Positions 29,482 to 39,027 are shown, numbered from the stretch's first letter. The stretch: 64,000 bases of DNA from an uncultured Acidimicrobiales bacterium (GCA_963802505.1 CAWDJB010000008.1:134112-198111), one strand, 5' to 3'. Numbers and translations are program-made. The notes: a model not told the origin generated them from the letters alone.

Positions 29482-30558
29482 ATGATCGTCGAAGAGCTCT
29501 CCGTCGCGGCCGAAGACGTCGCGGCCCGCACCGGTTGGGAGGCCAAACCAGAGGGGCTTTGCAAGGGTGACGTCTGCGTACCGCTGCCCGGCGGGACGCC
29601 GCCCGACGGGCGGCTTTCGGTCGAGATGCTGGCCGAACGCTTGCGCATGCCGCTCGTGCACGACGAGGAACATCACCTGTGGGCGCTCGGGCCCGAGAGC
29701 GGCGGTCGCGCGCTCACGACCGCCGTCGTGCCGGACATCACGCTGCCCGACCGCAACGGTGCACCGTTCGCGTTGTCGTCGCTTGGCGGCCAGAAGGTGT
29801 TGCTCGTCGCGTGGGCGAGCTGGTGAGGGTGCCGCACGAGCCTGCCCGGGTGGCAGGCACTGCGCGCTGAGCTCTTCCCGAAGCTCGAAGTCGTCACCGT
29901 CGCGCTCGACGTCGACCCGACGTTCGCGTACCCGTTCATCGACATCGCTGCGCCTGACCATCCTTCGCTCATCGATTCGCGCCACCTGCTCGACGAGGTG
30001 CTCGGCTTTTGGAACGTCCCGATGGCCGTGTGGATCGACGAGGACGGCGTGCTGGTGCGACCGCCCGAGGGTGCATCGGTAGAAGACTCGCCGCTGCGCA
30101 CGATGGACATCTCCGGCTTCCCCGACGGCATCCGCGAAGTCATGAAAGAGGTGCAGAAGATCCCTGGCGATCCTGTCGCGTACCGCGCCGCGATCGTCGA
30201 CTGGGCGAACAACGGTGCCGCGAGTCGCTACGCGCTCACTCCCGACGAGGTGATCGAGCGATCACAGCCGCGGCCGATGGACCACGCCAGCGCGGCCGCG
30301 TGCTTCGAGCTCGGGCAGGAGCTCTGGCGGCGCGGGTTGAAGGATGCCGCCGTGCCCTGGTGGCGCGAGGCGCATCGCCTGCATCCGGAGAACTGGACGT
30401 ACAAGCGCCAGGCCTGGACGTTCGTCACGACCGAGCCGGGCCAACCGCCCGACCTCCTGCAACCGCCGAACGACGTCTACGAGGGCAGCTGGTACGCCGA
30501 TGTCGTTCGTCTCGGAGGCGGCGAGAAGTACGTCAATGCGCCCGACCTCGAGGCTTAG
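29482..30558 (+). CDS. ResA/TlpA-like thioredoxin-fold protein with in-frame UGA (putative selenocysteine) in a W-A-S-W-U-G-C motif
   Basis: ORFs 29302..29826 and 29998..30558 share one frame and are separated by a single stop, TGA 29824-29826. The 57 intervening codons are stop-free and GC3-rich. The TGA replaces the first Cys of the expected CxxC box (GQKVLLVAWASW*GCRTSLPGW). The thioredoxin fold continues downstream (VPMAVWIDEDGVLV). The start is ATG 29482 or ATG 29446. Confidence 0.7.
29831..29867 (+). other. SECIS-like stem-loop immediately downstream of the in-frame UGA
   Basis: The upper stem is GCCUGCC / GGCAGGC (7 bp, 29840-46 with 29852-58) with apical loop CGGGU. The lower stem can extend, with bulges, to 29831/29867. 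The loop G residues lie about 25 nt from the U of UGA. Confidence 0.45.
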
Positions 30559-31472
30559 ACGCCGGGGTCTCGTTCGCTCGCGCGGGCGAGGTCGGCCGCG
30601 CCGGCGCTGAGGTAGCCGCCCTGCGCGCGCATCTGCTCGCCCCAGGGGCCCAACAGCGCGAAGAGCTCGTCGGCATCGTCGCCGATCGCGTCGATCGTCG
30701 GCGCCATCGAGAGGTCCGTCGAGATCTCGATGCTCTCGCGCAGCTCGCGTCCGCCATCGGTGAAGCCCGTACCGTCGGCATCGACGAGGTCGCGTGCCTG
30801 GAGGCGCTCGACCGCCGCGTCGAGCTCCTCGTCGCTCCACGCACGCGTGCGGATGTAGCTGCGCATCGGCAGGCCGATGAAGAGTTCGGTGAGGAGGCCG
30901 ATCTCGGTCGCGTCGAGACCGAGCGCCACCCATGCAGCGGTGTGTGAGTCGCCACGGAACTCGCGGAGGTAGTCGCCGAGCCGCCAGAAGTCGCCCATCG
31001 GTGAGCCGGGAAGGCCGAGGCTGAGCAAGCCCGCGTACAACGGTCGGCCCTCGGGGCGCAGCGGATCAGTGGCGCGGCCCAGGATCTCGGTCGCGCGATC
31101 GAGGCCTTCGGGCCCAGGCCCGAGGATGCGCTCGAGCTGAGCGACCGCGCCTTCGGTGCGGGCGGTTGCGATCGTCTTCGCGTCGGTGAGCGTCCAGCCG
31201 TACGAGACGCTCGGCACGACCGCGGCGGGGTTGAACACGGCGAACGCCGAGGCGACGAGCTCGCCGGGCACCTGCCCGAGGCAGGACCCGCGGCTCGTGA
31301 AGTACGCGGGGCCGTCGGGCAGCTGCACGCCGCCGGCCTTGCCGGGGCTCGGTCCGAAGCCGAGCGCCGCGTAACGCTCATGGCACTCGGGAGCGAAGTA
31401 GACCGACCCGACGATCGGCTCGAGATAGCCCGCGAGCTGGCGGGCGGTCGTGTGGAGCCTCGCGTCGCTCAT
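30555..31472 (-). CDS. Hypothetical protein (SCO6745-like family, from memory), paralog 1
   Basis: ORF trimmed to the ATG at 31472, which overlaps the upstream paralog's stop (ATGA). The blocks VYFAPE, YFTSRGSCLGQVPGE, FAVFNP, GLLSLGLPGSPMGDFWR, REFRGDSH and MRSYIRTRAWS are shared with the neighbouring gene. Confidence 0.6.
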   Translation of the reverse strand: MSDARLHTTARQLAGYLEPIVGSVYFAPECHERYAALGFGPSPGKAGGVQLPDGPAYFTSRGSCLGQVPGELVASAFAVFNPAAVVPSVSYGWTLTDAKTIATARTEGAVAQLERILGPGPEGLDRATEILGRATDPLRPEGRPLYAGLLSLGLPGSPMGDFWRLGDYLREFRGDSHTAAWVALGLDATEIGLLTELFIGLPMRSYIRTRAWSDEELDAAVERLQARDLVDADGTGFTDGGRELRESIEISTDLSMAPTIDAIGDDADELFALLGPWGEQMRAQGGYLSAGAADLARASERDPGV

Positions 31473-32322
31473 GGCCGCGTCATCAGCGTCGGGTCGACGG
31501 GGTATGCCCCGCCGGCGACGAGCTTGTCTTTCATGGGCGTGAGAATCATGCACAGCTCCTCGAAGTCATCGGCCAGCGTCTTGACGATCGATCGTTCCTG
31601 CAGGTCGGTGCACAGCTCGATCTCAGCGCGGAGCTCTTCGCCCTGCTCGGTGAACTCGTCGCCGTCCATGAGCCCGCGGTCGCGCAGGTCGTCGACGGCG
31701 GCATCGATCTGCTCTTCGGACCATCCACGCGTGCGTACGTAGGACCGCAGCGGGAGGTGCCACCACAGCTCCGTGCTGAGGTTCGCCTGGATCGGGTCGA
31801 GGCCGTGCGACACCCAAGCGATGATGTGCGAGTCGCCGCGGTGCTCGCGCACGAGATCGGCGGCCCGCCAGAAGTCGCCCATCGGCGTGCCCGGGAAGCC
31901 GAGAGACAGCAGACCGGAGTACAGGCCGCGTCCTTCGCCCGTCGCTTCCAATCCCGCGCGGGTCAAGACCTCGGTGGCGCGGGCGAGCCCGTCGGGCGCC
32001 GGACCGAGAAGGCGGGTCAGCCCGTCGACGGCGCCCTTCTCGCGGGCGGCCAGGATCGTGTCGCGGTCGGTCTTCGACCATGCCTCGTCCACTGCGGGGA
32101 TCACCGTCACTGGGTTGAACACACCGAACGCCGCGGTGATGACCTCCCCCGGCACCTGACCCATGCACGCGCCACGGCTCGCGAAGTACGGCGGACCGAA
32201 CTCGGGCAAGCCGAGCTCCTTGTACGCGGCGTGTGCCTCCGGCAGGAAGTAGACGCTCGCCGCGACCACCTCGACCAGGTCGCGGAGCTTTCGGGCTTTC
32301 GCCCGTATTTCTTCGTCGCGCA
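31469..32322 (-). CDS. Hypothetical protein (SCO6745-like family), paralog 2
   Basis: ORF trimmed to the ATG at 32322 (MRDEEIRAKARKLRDL...). It is collinear with paralog 1 along its full length, at roughly half identity by eye. Confidence 0.6.
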
Positions 32323-32376
32323 TGCTTCCCCCTGAGCACGTAGGTCGCGGGAGTGTAGGCGTAAGTTTCCAGCGCG

Positions 32377-32808
32377 ATGACCGTGTCGGTGAGCGTGTGC
32401 GAGGTCGTGAATCCCGAGATCGTCGAGGCGATCGCGCGGTTGCTTCCGCAGCTCTCACGCTCCGCCCCGCCGCCCACGGTCGAACAGCTCGAGGACATCG
32501 CGACGTCACCAGCGAGTCATCTGCTCGTCGCACGAGTCGACGACGAGATCGTCGGCGCACTCACGCTCGTCGTGTTCCGCATCCCGACCGGCATGCGCGC
32601 GTGGATCGAAGACGTCGTCGTCGACGAGGCCGCGCGCGGACATGGAGTCGGCGAGGCGCTGAACCGCGAGGCCCTGCGTCTCGCGAAGGAGCGCGGTGCC
32701 ATCACGGTCGACCTCACATCGCGTCCTTCGCGTGAGGCGGCCAACCGGTTGTACCAGCGGCTGGGGTTCACCCAGCGCGAGACGAACGTCTACCGCTACG
32801 ACCTCTGA
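32377..32808 (+). CDS. GNAT-family N-acetyltransferase
   Basis: 143 aa. The acetyl-CoA binding block is VDEAARGHGVGEALNREALRLAKERG. Confidence 0.8.
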   Translation: MTVSVSVCEVVNPEIVEAIARLLPQLSRSAPPPTVEQLEDIATSPASHLLVARVDDEIVGALTLVVFRIPTGMRAWIEDVVVDEAARGHGVGEALNREALRLAKERGAITVDLTSRPSREAANRLYQRLGFTQRETNVYRYDL

Positions 32809-33506
32809 GCGCGAAACCCGACGGTCTCGTACGCAACGGTGAAGCCGAGGCTCTCGTAGAGCGCGGCGGCGGGGTGGTTCGTGATGTCGTGCTCCACGAT
32901 CGCGGCTTCCATCCCAGCGGCGCGCATGCAGTGCATCCCCTCGGTCATGACCGCCCGCGCGAGGCCTCGTCGCCGGAGGCGCTCCTCGGTCTCGACCGGT
33001 TCGAACAGGCCCACGAGGTTCACCTCGTCGAACCAGATGGTCGCGCGGGCGGCGGTGCCGTCCTCCGAGAGCGAGCAGCCGTCGGGGAGCGTGCGCTCGG
33101 GGAGCTCGCCGAGGTCGCGCATGCGGATGTGATCCCACGCGCGGTACTGCTCGAAGCCAGCGGCGTGGAGCGCGGAGATCCGGGTCGCATCAGAACTGAA
33201 GGCGTCGGTCTCGTCACCTCTAGTGGCCGCAGCGCGAAGCATCTCGACCTCGGCGTCGGTGCCGCGCAGGTCAGGACGAGCGAAGACGTCGAACACGCGG
33301 CCGAAGCGCTCGGCGATCTCGATTCCGGCAACGCCGCGCTCGTCGAGCCACAGAAAGGCGGGCCGCTCGGTTTCGCCCTCGAGGTAAATGCGGTGCTCGA
33401 CGTCACCCGGGTGGCAGTAGCCACACCGGCCTGCATCGTGCACCCAGGTGGCGACCGCGGTCGTCATGGTGTTCAGGTCGTCGCGGTGCGTAGGCCGGAT
33501 CTCCAA
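32796..33506 (-). CDS. GNAT-family N-acetyltransferase
   Basis: 236 aa with a TTG start. The C-terminal block RRRGLARAVMTEGMHCMRAAG...ALYESLGF is GNAT-like. Confidence 0.7.
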   Translation of the reverse strand: MEIRPTHRDDLNTMTTAVATWVHDAGRCGYCHPGDVEHRIYLEGETERPAFLWLDERGVAGIEIAERFGRVFDVFARPDLRGTDAEVEMLRAAATRGDETDAFSSDATRISALHAAGFEQYRAWDHIRMRDLGELPERTLPDGCSLSEDGTAARATIWFDEVNLVGLFEPVETEERLRRRGLARAVMTEGMHCMRAAGMEAAIVEHDITNHPAAALYESLGFTVAYETVGFRAQRS

Positions 33507-33531
33507 CGAGACGCGACGTTACGCTCGCCAG

Positions 33532-33903
33532 ATGCTCGATCACCTCTCGATTCAGTGCCGCGACCCTGCCGCCAGCATCGCGTTCTACGACACGGCGCTC
33601 GCGCCGCTCGGAGGGGAGCAGGTGATGCGCTTCGGCGACGTCGTCGGCTACGGCCGCCCCGGCCGTCCGACGTTCTGGATCGGCCCGCTCGCCGACGAGG
33701 TGCCGAACCGCGAGATCCACGTCGCGTTCCAGGCCGACGACCGGGCGAGGGTGCGCGCGTTCTTCGAGGCGGCGGTGGGCGCCGGCGCCGAGGTACTGCA
33801 CGAGCCGCGGGTCTGGCCCGAGTACCACCCGACCTACTACGGCGCGTTCGTCCGCGATCCCGACGGCAACAACGTCGAAGCCGTCTGCCACTCGCCCGAG
33901 TAG
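33532..33903 (+). CDS. VOC/glyoxalase-family protein
   Basis: The ATG at 33532 gives MLDHLSIQCRD...HVAFQADDRARV...YYGAFVRDPDGNNVEAV, the typical glyoxalase/bleomycin-resistance fold. Confidence 0.8.
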   Translation: MLDHLSIQCRDPAASIAFYDTALAPLGGEQVMRFGDVVGYGRPGRPTFWIGPLADEVPNREIHVAFQADDRARVRAFFEAAVGAGAEVLHEPRVWPEYHPTYYGAFVRDPDGNNVEAVCHSPE

Positions 33904-33923
33904 CGGCCCGCCTCGGTTCCGAT

Positions 33924-33957
33924 GCGAATAACCGGCCGTTCCTGGCCGGTTATTCGC
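33924..33957. terminator. Bidirectional hairpin between convergent genes
   Basis: GCGAATAACCGGCC-GTTCCT-GGCCGGTTATTCGC forms a perfect 14-bp stem. Confidence 0.6.
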
Positions 33958-33978
33958 GCGAGAACGGCACGGCCTGCG

Positions 33979-34905
33979 TCAGCCGGGTTCGGCGGCGGTG
34001 CTCGCGGCGTCGGTGGCGGGCACCGGCGTCGGCTCCTCGTAGCCGACGGGCAGATGGAAGCTGCCGGCAGCTGAGGCGTAGAAGACCTCCCACGCGTGAT
34101 AGCCGAGGTACGCACGCTCGTCGGCGGCCATGTTCGCGGCGTACGCCTTGACCGCGTCGAGGTAGCGCGTGTCTCGGTTGTAGCGAAGGATCGCGCGGTC
34201 CATGTTCTCGGGCGCACCCGACCGCTGCAGGTAGACCGCCGCCCCGACGATCGAGTCGTGCGGGTCCTCGATGTCGCCCGTGCAGCACTCGGCCCACGTC
34301 GTCGGCAAGAACTGCATCGGTCCTTGCGCGCCCGCGGTCGACAGCCCGTCGATGCGACCCATCCGCGTCTCGATGAGATTGATCGCCGCGACGTAGTACC
34401 AAGGCACGCCGGTCGTCGCCTCGGCTTCGTGGTAGTAGCCGAGCAGCTCTGCCGCCGGCCGTGGAGGCACGATGCGCCAAGCCGGCAGATTCTCCGGAGC
34501 GGGCCCATGTGGCGGACGCTGGAAGGCGCGGAACGCGGCGAGGTTGTTCGCGGCTGCGGGCGCGACATCCGCGCCGACTGCAGCCATGAACGGTGCGTCC
34601 CACTCCGGATGCGAGGACAAACGGCGATACGCGAGCTGTTGGAACACGCCGATCTGCTCGGCGTCCTCGGGGACGGTCGCCGGATCGCGGAGGGTGCGTT
34701 CCGCATCGGTCACCTGCGCAGCGAGAGCGACGGGATCGTCGGCGACGATCAGCACGGTCGTCGTGGTCGGCGGCACAGTCGTGGTCGTCGAGACCGCTGC
34801 GCTGGTGGTCGGAGCTGCGGTCACGGTGGTGCTCGCGGCGTCGTCTCCCGACGAGGCGCAGCCCGCAACGATGATCGCGGCCAAGATGGGGACGACGCGT
34901 CGCAC
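33979..34905 (-). CDS. Lytic transglycosylase-domain lipoprotein
   Basis: 308 aa with a lipobox (IIVAGCASS). It has a Thr/Ala-rich linker and the SLT-type block AINLIETRMGR...GAQGPMQFLPTTW. Confidence 0.8.
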   Translation of the reverse strand: MRRVVPILAAIIVAGCASSGDDAASTTVTAAPTTSAAVSTTTTVPPTTTTVLIVADDPVALAAQVTDAERTLRDPATVPEDAEQIGVFQQLAYRRLSSHPEWDAPFMAAVGADVAPAAANNLAAFRAFQRPPHGPAPENLPAWRIVPPRPAAELLGYYHEAEATTGVPWYYVAAINLIETRMGRIDGLSTAGAQGPMQFLPTTWAECCTGDIEDPHDSIVGAAVYLQRSGAPENMDRAILRYNRDTRYLDAVKAYAANMAADERAYLGYHAWEVFYASAAGSFHLPVGYEEPTPVPATDAASTAAEPG

Positions 34906-34929
34906 GAGATGAGACTAAGAGGGGGACGG

Positions 34930-35709
34930 GTGTACGAAGACCTCACCTACCAAGAGCAGGGCCACGTCGGTGTGATCACGCTGCGGCGTCCCGAGGCGCG
35001 CAACGCGCTGACGTTCAAGACGTACGCGGAGCTCGAAGATGCGGTGCGCACCACCACCGCTCGTTGCCTCGTCATCACCGGCGCCGACCCGGCCTTCTGC
35101 TCAGGCGACGACGTCAAGGTGGTGATGGGCGGAGGCGAGCGACCGCCCGACGTCAGCAGCTCGCTGGCGCGCACGCCCAGGCTCACGCCGGCCGCGGACG
35201 CGCTGCTCCACACCGACGTCCCGGTGGTCGCCGCGGTCAACGGCGCGGCGGTCGGGTGGGGCATGGAGCTGTCGCTCATGGCCGACTTCAGAGTCGCGTC
35301 CGAGAAGGCGAGGTTCGGCGAGCTGTTCGTGTTGCGCGGGCTCGTGAGCGATGCGCCGGGGCTCGGTCGTCTCGCGCAGCTGGTCGGTCGTGAGAAGGCC
35401 GCCGAGATGTTGATGACCGGCGAGGTCATCGACGCGCCGGAGGCGTTGCGCATCGGGCTCGTGGGTCGAGTGGTTCCTCACGACGAGCTGCTGCCCACTG
35501 CGCTCGGGCTCGCGGAGCGCATCGCCGCGAACCCGCCGCTCGCCGTGCAAGCGATCAAGCGTGGCCTTCGGCGCGCACTCGATCCCGACTGGAACGAGGT
35601 CGGTGTGTACGTGTCGTCGACCCTGGCCGACCTCTTCCAGACCGAGGATCACCGCGAGGGCGTGCGCTCGTTCCTCGAGAAGCGCCCGCCGAAATTTCAC
35701 GGGCGCTGA
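34930..35709 (+). CDS. Enoyl-CoA hydratase/isomerase family protein
   Basis: The GTG at 34930 follows an AAGAGGGGGA RBS. GVITLRRPEARNALT...FCSGDDV...AVNGAAVGWGMELSLMADFRVAS... is the crotonase fold. Confidence 0.85.
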   Translation: MYEDLTYQEQGHVGVITLRRPEARNALTFKTYAELEDAVRTTTARCLVITGADPAFCSGDDVKVVMGGGERPPDVSSSLARTPRLTPAADALLHTDVPVVAAVNGAAVGWGMELSLMADFRVASEKARFGELFVLRGLVSDAPGLGRLAQLVGREKAAEMLMTGEVIDAPEALRIGLVGRVVPHDELLPTALGLAERIAANPPLAVQAIKRGLRRALDPDWNEVGVYVSSTLADLFQTEDHREGVRSFLEKRPPKFHGR

Positions 35710-35715
35710 CGGCCC

Positions 35716-36888
35716 CTAGCCGGTCTTGGCGGGCGGCGGGTCGAGGCGCGAGACGCTGCCGTCGAACGCGAGCACGTAGAGCTCGCCCTTCGCGTCCTCA
35801 CCGAACGACACGATCGGCTGCGGGTCTGCCTTCACCTGTGCGATCTCCTTGCCCACACCGTTCTCGAGGCTGAGCACGCGGATCGTGTTGTTGCAGTAGT
35901 CGGCGAACATGTACGCGCCCACCATGTTCGACATCGCGGCGCCCCGGTAGCGGTAGCCGCCGGTGACGCTGCAGCCTTCGGAGTGCGTGTACTCGAAGAC
36001 CGGGAAGACGAACCCCGCGTGGTCGCCGCCTCCGTCGAAGTCATGGTTGCCCTCGAAGCGGTTCCATCCGAAGTTGGTTCCTCGAGCGGCGTTGCGTCCC
36101 TTGGCGTCGGAGGCGGCGAAGTTGATCTCCTCGAACTTGCCTTGGCCGACGTCCGCGATCCACAGATCACCGGTGTCCTTGTCGAAGGTGAAGCGCCACG
36201 GGTTGCGTAGCCCGTACGACCAGATCTCGGGAAGCCCTCCGCCCGTCGTGAACGGGTTGTCGGCCGGGATGCCGTACGCCTTTCCGTCCGACGGCTTGCT
36301 CGGATCGATGCGCAGGATCTTCCCGAGGAACGTGTTCAGGTTCTGCCCGTTGCCTTGCGGGTCGCCGCCGCTGCCGCCGTCGCCGAGGCCGACATACAGG
36401 TAGCCGTCGGGCCCGAACGCGAGCTGGCCGCCGTTGTGGTTCGGGAACGGCTGCTTCTGGAACAGGATCGGCCGCTGTGAGCCGGGCGACGCTTGCCCAT
36501 TGGCGCCCATCGTGAACTCGTCGACGTGCGAGTCGCCGTTGAGGTCGGTGTAGTCCAGGTAGAGCTTCGTGCCGTCGGGCGAGAAGGCCAACCCGAGCAG
36601 ACCGCGCTCACCCTCGGCGCGCGTGAGGCGTGAGATGTCGAGCACCGGCGTGGGGTCGACTGCGCCGTTGCGGATGGCGCGCACGTGCCCGTCCCACTCG
36701 GCGATGTACATCGCGTCGTCGCCCGCCCGAATCGCCATCGCAATCGGCTGGTTCAGCTTGGCGATCGTGGTCAGCGCGAACGCAGGGTTCCCGGGCTTCG
36801 GCGGAGGACTGCATTTCGCCAAGGCGACGATCACGAGACCGATCGCCATTCCTGCGACCGCGAAGAGCTTCACGGGAGCGGACATCAT
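35716..36888 (-). CDS. PQQ-dependent sugar dehydrogenase (soluble glucose/sorbosone dehydrogenase family)
   Basis: Trimmed to the ATG at 36888 (MMSAPVKLF..., TM anchor), with a GAGGTGAAG RBS. The blocks GLLGLAFSPD, HNGGQLAFGPDGYLYVGLGDGG, GKILRIDP, GLRNPWRF and DVGQ are present. Confidence 0.85.
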   Translation of the reverse strand: MMSAPVKLFAVAGMAIGLVIVALAKCSPPPKPGNPAFALTTIAKLNQPIAMAIRAGDDAMYIAEWDGHVRAIRNGAVDPTPVLDISRLTRAEGERGLLGLAFSPDGTKLYLDYTDLNGDSHVDEFTMGANGQASPGSQRPILFQKQPFPNHNGGQLAFGPDGYLYVGLGDGGSGGDPQGNGQNLNTFLGKILRIDPSKPSDGKAYGIPADNPFTTGGGLPEIWSYGLRNPWRFTFDKDTGDLWIADVGQGKFEEINFAASDAKGRNAARGTNFGWNRFEGNHDFDGGGDHAGFVFPVFEYTHSEGCSVTGGYRYRGAAMSNMVGAYMFADYCNNTIRVLSLENGVGKEIAQVKADPQPIVSFGEDAKGELYVLAFDGSVSRLDPPPAKTG

Positions 36889-36890
36889 CT

Positions 36891-37775
36891 TCACCTCACT
36901 GATCGGATGAGGCCTTCTTGCACGACCGTGATCGCAAGGGCTCCCTCGCTCGTGAAGATGAACCCGTACGCAAGGCCGCGACTGCCCGACGTCGTCGGCG
37001 TTCCCTGGTCGTACAGCAGCCACTCGTCGGCGCGGAACGGTCGGTGGAACCACATGGCGTGGTCGAGGCTCGCCATCATCAGCCCCTCGTCGGGCCAGTG
37101 CACGCCGTGGGGGAGGAGCGTCGTGTCGAGGAGCGTCATGTCCGACGCGTACGTGACGATGCACGCGTGCAGCACGGGGTCGTCGGGCAGTCGCCCATCG
37201 GCGCGGAGCCAGACACGCTGGAACGGCAACGCGGGCTCGGCGCGATCGAGCCGGCCGCCGTCCGCATACCGCAGGTCGATGGGGCGGGGACGGTCGTAGT
37301 ACTCGCCGAGCGCGTCCTTGTACGGCTCCATGCGAGTCCTGAAGTCAGGAAGCTCATCCGGACTCGGCACGCCCTGGGGCATCGGGATCTGGTGGTCGTA
37401 CCCGTCCTCGTGCACGTGGAAGCTCGCCTGCAGGTTGAAGATCGCTTTCCCGTGTTGGATCGCGACGACGCGTCGGGTGGTGAACGACTTGCCGTCGCGG
37501 ATGCGGTCCACCTCGTAGAGGATCGGCGCGTTCGGGTCGCCGGGTCGCAGGAAGTACGCGTGGAGCGAGTGGACGTAGCGCGGCGGCCCGACCTCGGGAT
37601 CGTGGTCGACAGTGCGAGCGGCAGCGACGAGTGCTTGTCCGGCGACCTGTCCCCCGAACACGCGCTGGCGCTTCTCGTCGGGTGAGTGCCCTCGGAAGAT
37701 GTTGACCTCGATCGGCTCGAGATCGAGGAGGTCGATCAGGTCGTCGAGCGGGCTCGTCGCACCCTCGGTCGTCAC
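36891..37775 (-). CDS. tesB: Acyl-CoA thioesterase II
   Basis: C-terminal 294 aa of the artefactual 720-aa ORF, starting at the GTG at 37775. LLDLEPIEVNIFRG...VFGGQVAGQAL...HSLHAYFLRPGD...YEVDRIRDGKSFTTRRV... matches TesB. Confidence 0.88.
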   Translation of the reverse strand: MTTEGATSPLDDLIDLLDLEPIEVNIFRGHSPDEKRQRVFGGQVAGQALVAAARTVDHDPEVGPPRYVHSLHAYFLRPGDPNAPILYEVDRIRDGKSFTTRRVVAIQHGKAIFNLQASFHVHEDGYDHQIPMPQGVPSPDELPDFRTRMEPYKDALGEYYDRPRPIDLRYADGGRLDRAEPALPFQRVWLRADGRLPDDPVLHACIVTYASDMTLLDTTLLPHGVHWPDEGLMMASLDHAMWFHRPFRADEWLLYDQGTPTTSGSRGLAYGFIFTSEGALAITVVQEGLIRSVR

Positions 37776-37805
37776 TCGGTCATGTTGACAGGTACCGTGC
37801 CGCGA

Positions 37806-39008
37806 ATGACGACGCGCACCTTTCCCGAAGGCTTCCGCTGGGGCACGGCAACGGCTGCGCATCAAGTGGAGGGCGGCAACTGGAACAACGACTGGTGGGA
37901 GTGGGAGCACACGCCCGGTTCGGGCTGCGTCGCGCCGAGCGGTGACGCGTGCGAGCACTACACCCGCTATCCCGATGACCTTCGTCTGCTCGCCGGGCTC
38001 GGCTTCAACTCGTACCGGTTCTCTGTCGAGTGGAGTCGCATCGAACCCGAGGACGGTGAGTTCTCGAAGGCTGAGCTCGACCACTACAAGCGCATGTGCG
38101 CGACGTGCCTCGAGAACGGCCTTGACGCGACGGTGACGCTGCACCACTTCACGACACCGCGATGGGTCGCTCGCATGGGTGGGTGGATCGAGCCCGCGAC
38201 CGCCGATCTGTTCGCGCGCTACGCGGAGCGCGTCGCGAAGCACCTTGGTGACGTCGCCACACGGTGGTGCACGTTCAACGAGCCGAACATGGTGGCGACG
38301 ATCGGCTATCTCGCCGGTCGCTTCCCGCCGGGCGGCCAAGGCGATCGGGCTAACCGGCGCAAGGCGAACGACGTGTTCGTCGACGCGCACCACAAGACGA
38401 TCGACGTCTTGAAGAGCGCGAGCTCCGACGTTCCCGCAGGGCTCACGCTCGCGATGCAGCAGATGTGGCCGGTCGGCGACACGAACGAGGAGCAGGAAGC
38501 CGCGGCCGCGCGGGCGGCACGCATCCTGGACGGCCTCGAGGACGTGTATCTGCACGCTGCCGAGAACGACGACTACATCGGAGTGCAGACCTACAGCCGC
38601 CAGCGCGTCGGGCCGCAGGGCGATCTCGGCCCGGAAGAGGGCGTCGAGACCACGATCATGGGCTACGAGTTCTGGCCCGAGGCGCTCGAGGCGACGATCC
38701 GCCGGGCTTGGGACATGACGCAGCACACCCCGATCCTCGTGACCGAGAACGGAATCGCGGCGATCGACGACACGCGACGGGTCGAGTACGTGCGTCGCGC
38801 GCTGCAGGGCGTGCTCGCCTGCCTCGACGATGGCATCGACGTGCGCGGGTACACGTACTGGAGCCTCCTCGACAACTTCGAGTGGTCCTACGGGTACGGC
38901 CCGACGTTCGGTCTGATCGGGGTGGAACGGGACACGCAGGAGCGCGTCGTCAAGCCGAGCGCCCGCTGGCTGGGCGCGATCGCGCGCGCGAACGCGATCG
39001 ACCTGTAG
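37806..39008 (+). CDS. GH1 beta-glucosidase
   Basis: The ATG at 37806 gives MTTRTFPEGFRWGTATAAHQVEGG. The acid/base TFNEP and nucleophile VTENG motifs are present. Confidence 0.88.
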   Translation: MTTRTFPEGFRWGTATAAHQVEGGNWNNDWWEWEHTPGSGCVAPSGDACEHYTRYPDDLRLLAGLGFNSYRFSVEWSRIEPEDGEFSKAELDHYKRMCATCLENGLDATVTLHHFTTPRWVARMGGWIEPATADLFARYAERVAKHLGDVATRWCTFNEPNMVATIGYLAGRFPPGGQGDRANRRKANDVFVDAHHKTIDVLKSASSDVPAGLTLAMQQMWPVGDTNEEQEAAAARAARILDGLEDVYLHAAENDDYIGVQTYSRQRVGPQGDLGPEEGVETTIMGYEFWPEALEATIRRAWDMTQHTPILVTENGIAAIDDTRRVEYVRRALQGVLACLDDGIDVRGYTYWSLLDNFEWSYGYGPTFGLIGVERDTQERVVKPSARWLGAIARANAIDL

Positions 39009-39027
39009 GCCGTACTCTGGGACGTCT

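Noticed and set aside
29567-30082. Alternative-frame 171-aa ORF crossing the TGA region, as an explanation for the split thioredoxin-fold gene (a frameshift rather than recoding)
   Set aside because: Its translation is Arg/Ser-rich with no thioredoxin-fold similarity. The frame containing the TGA continues the TlpA/ResA alignment on both sides without any shift.
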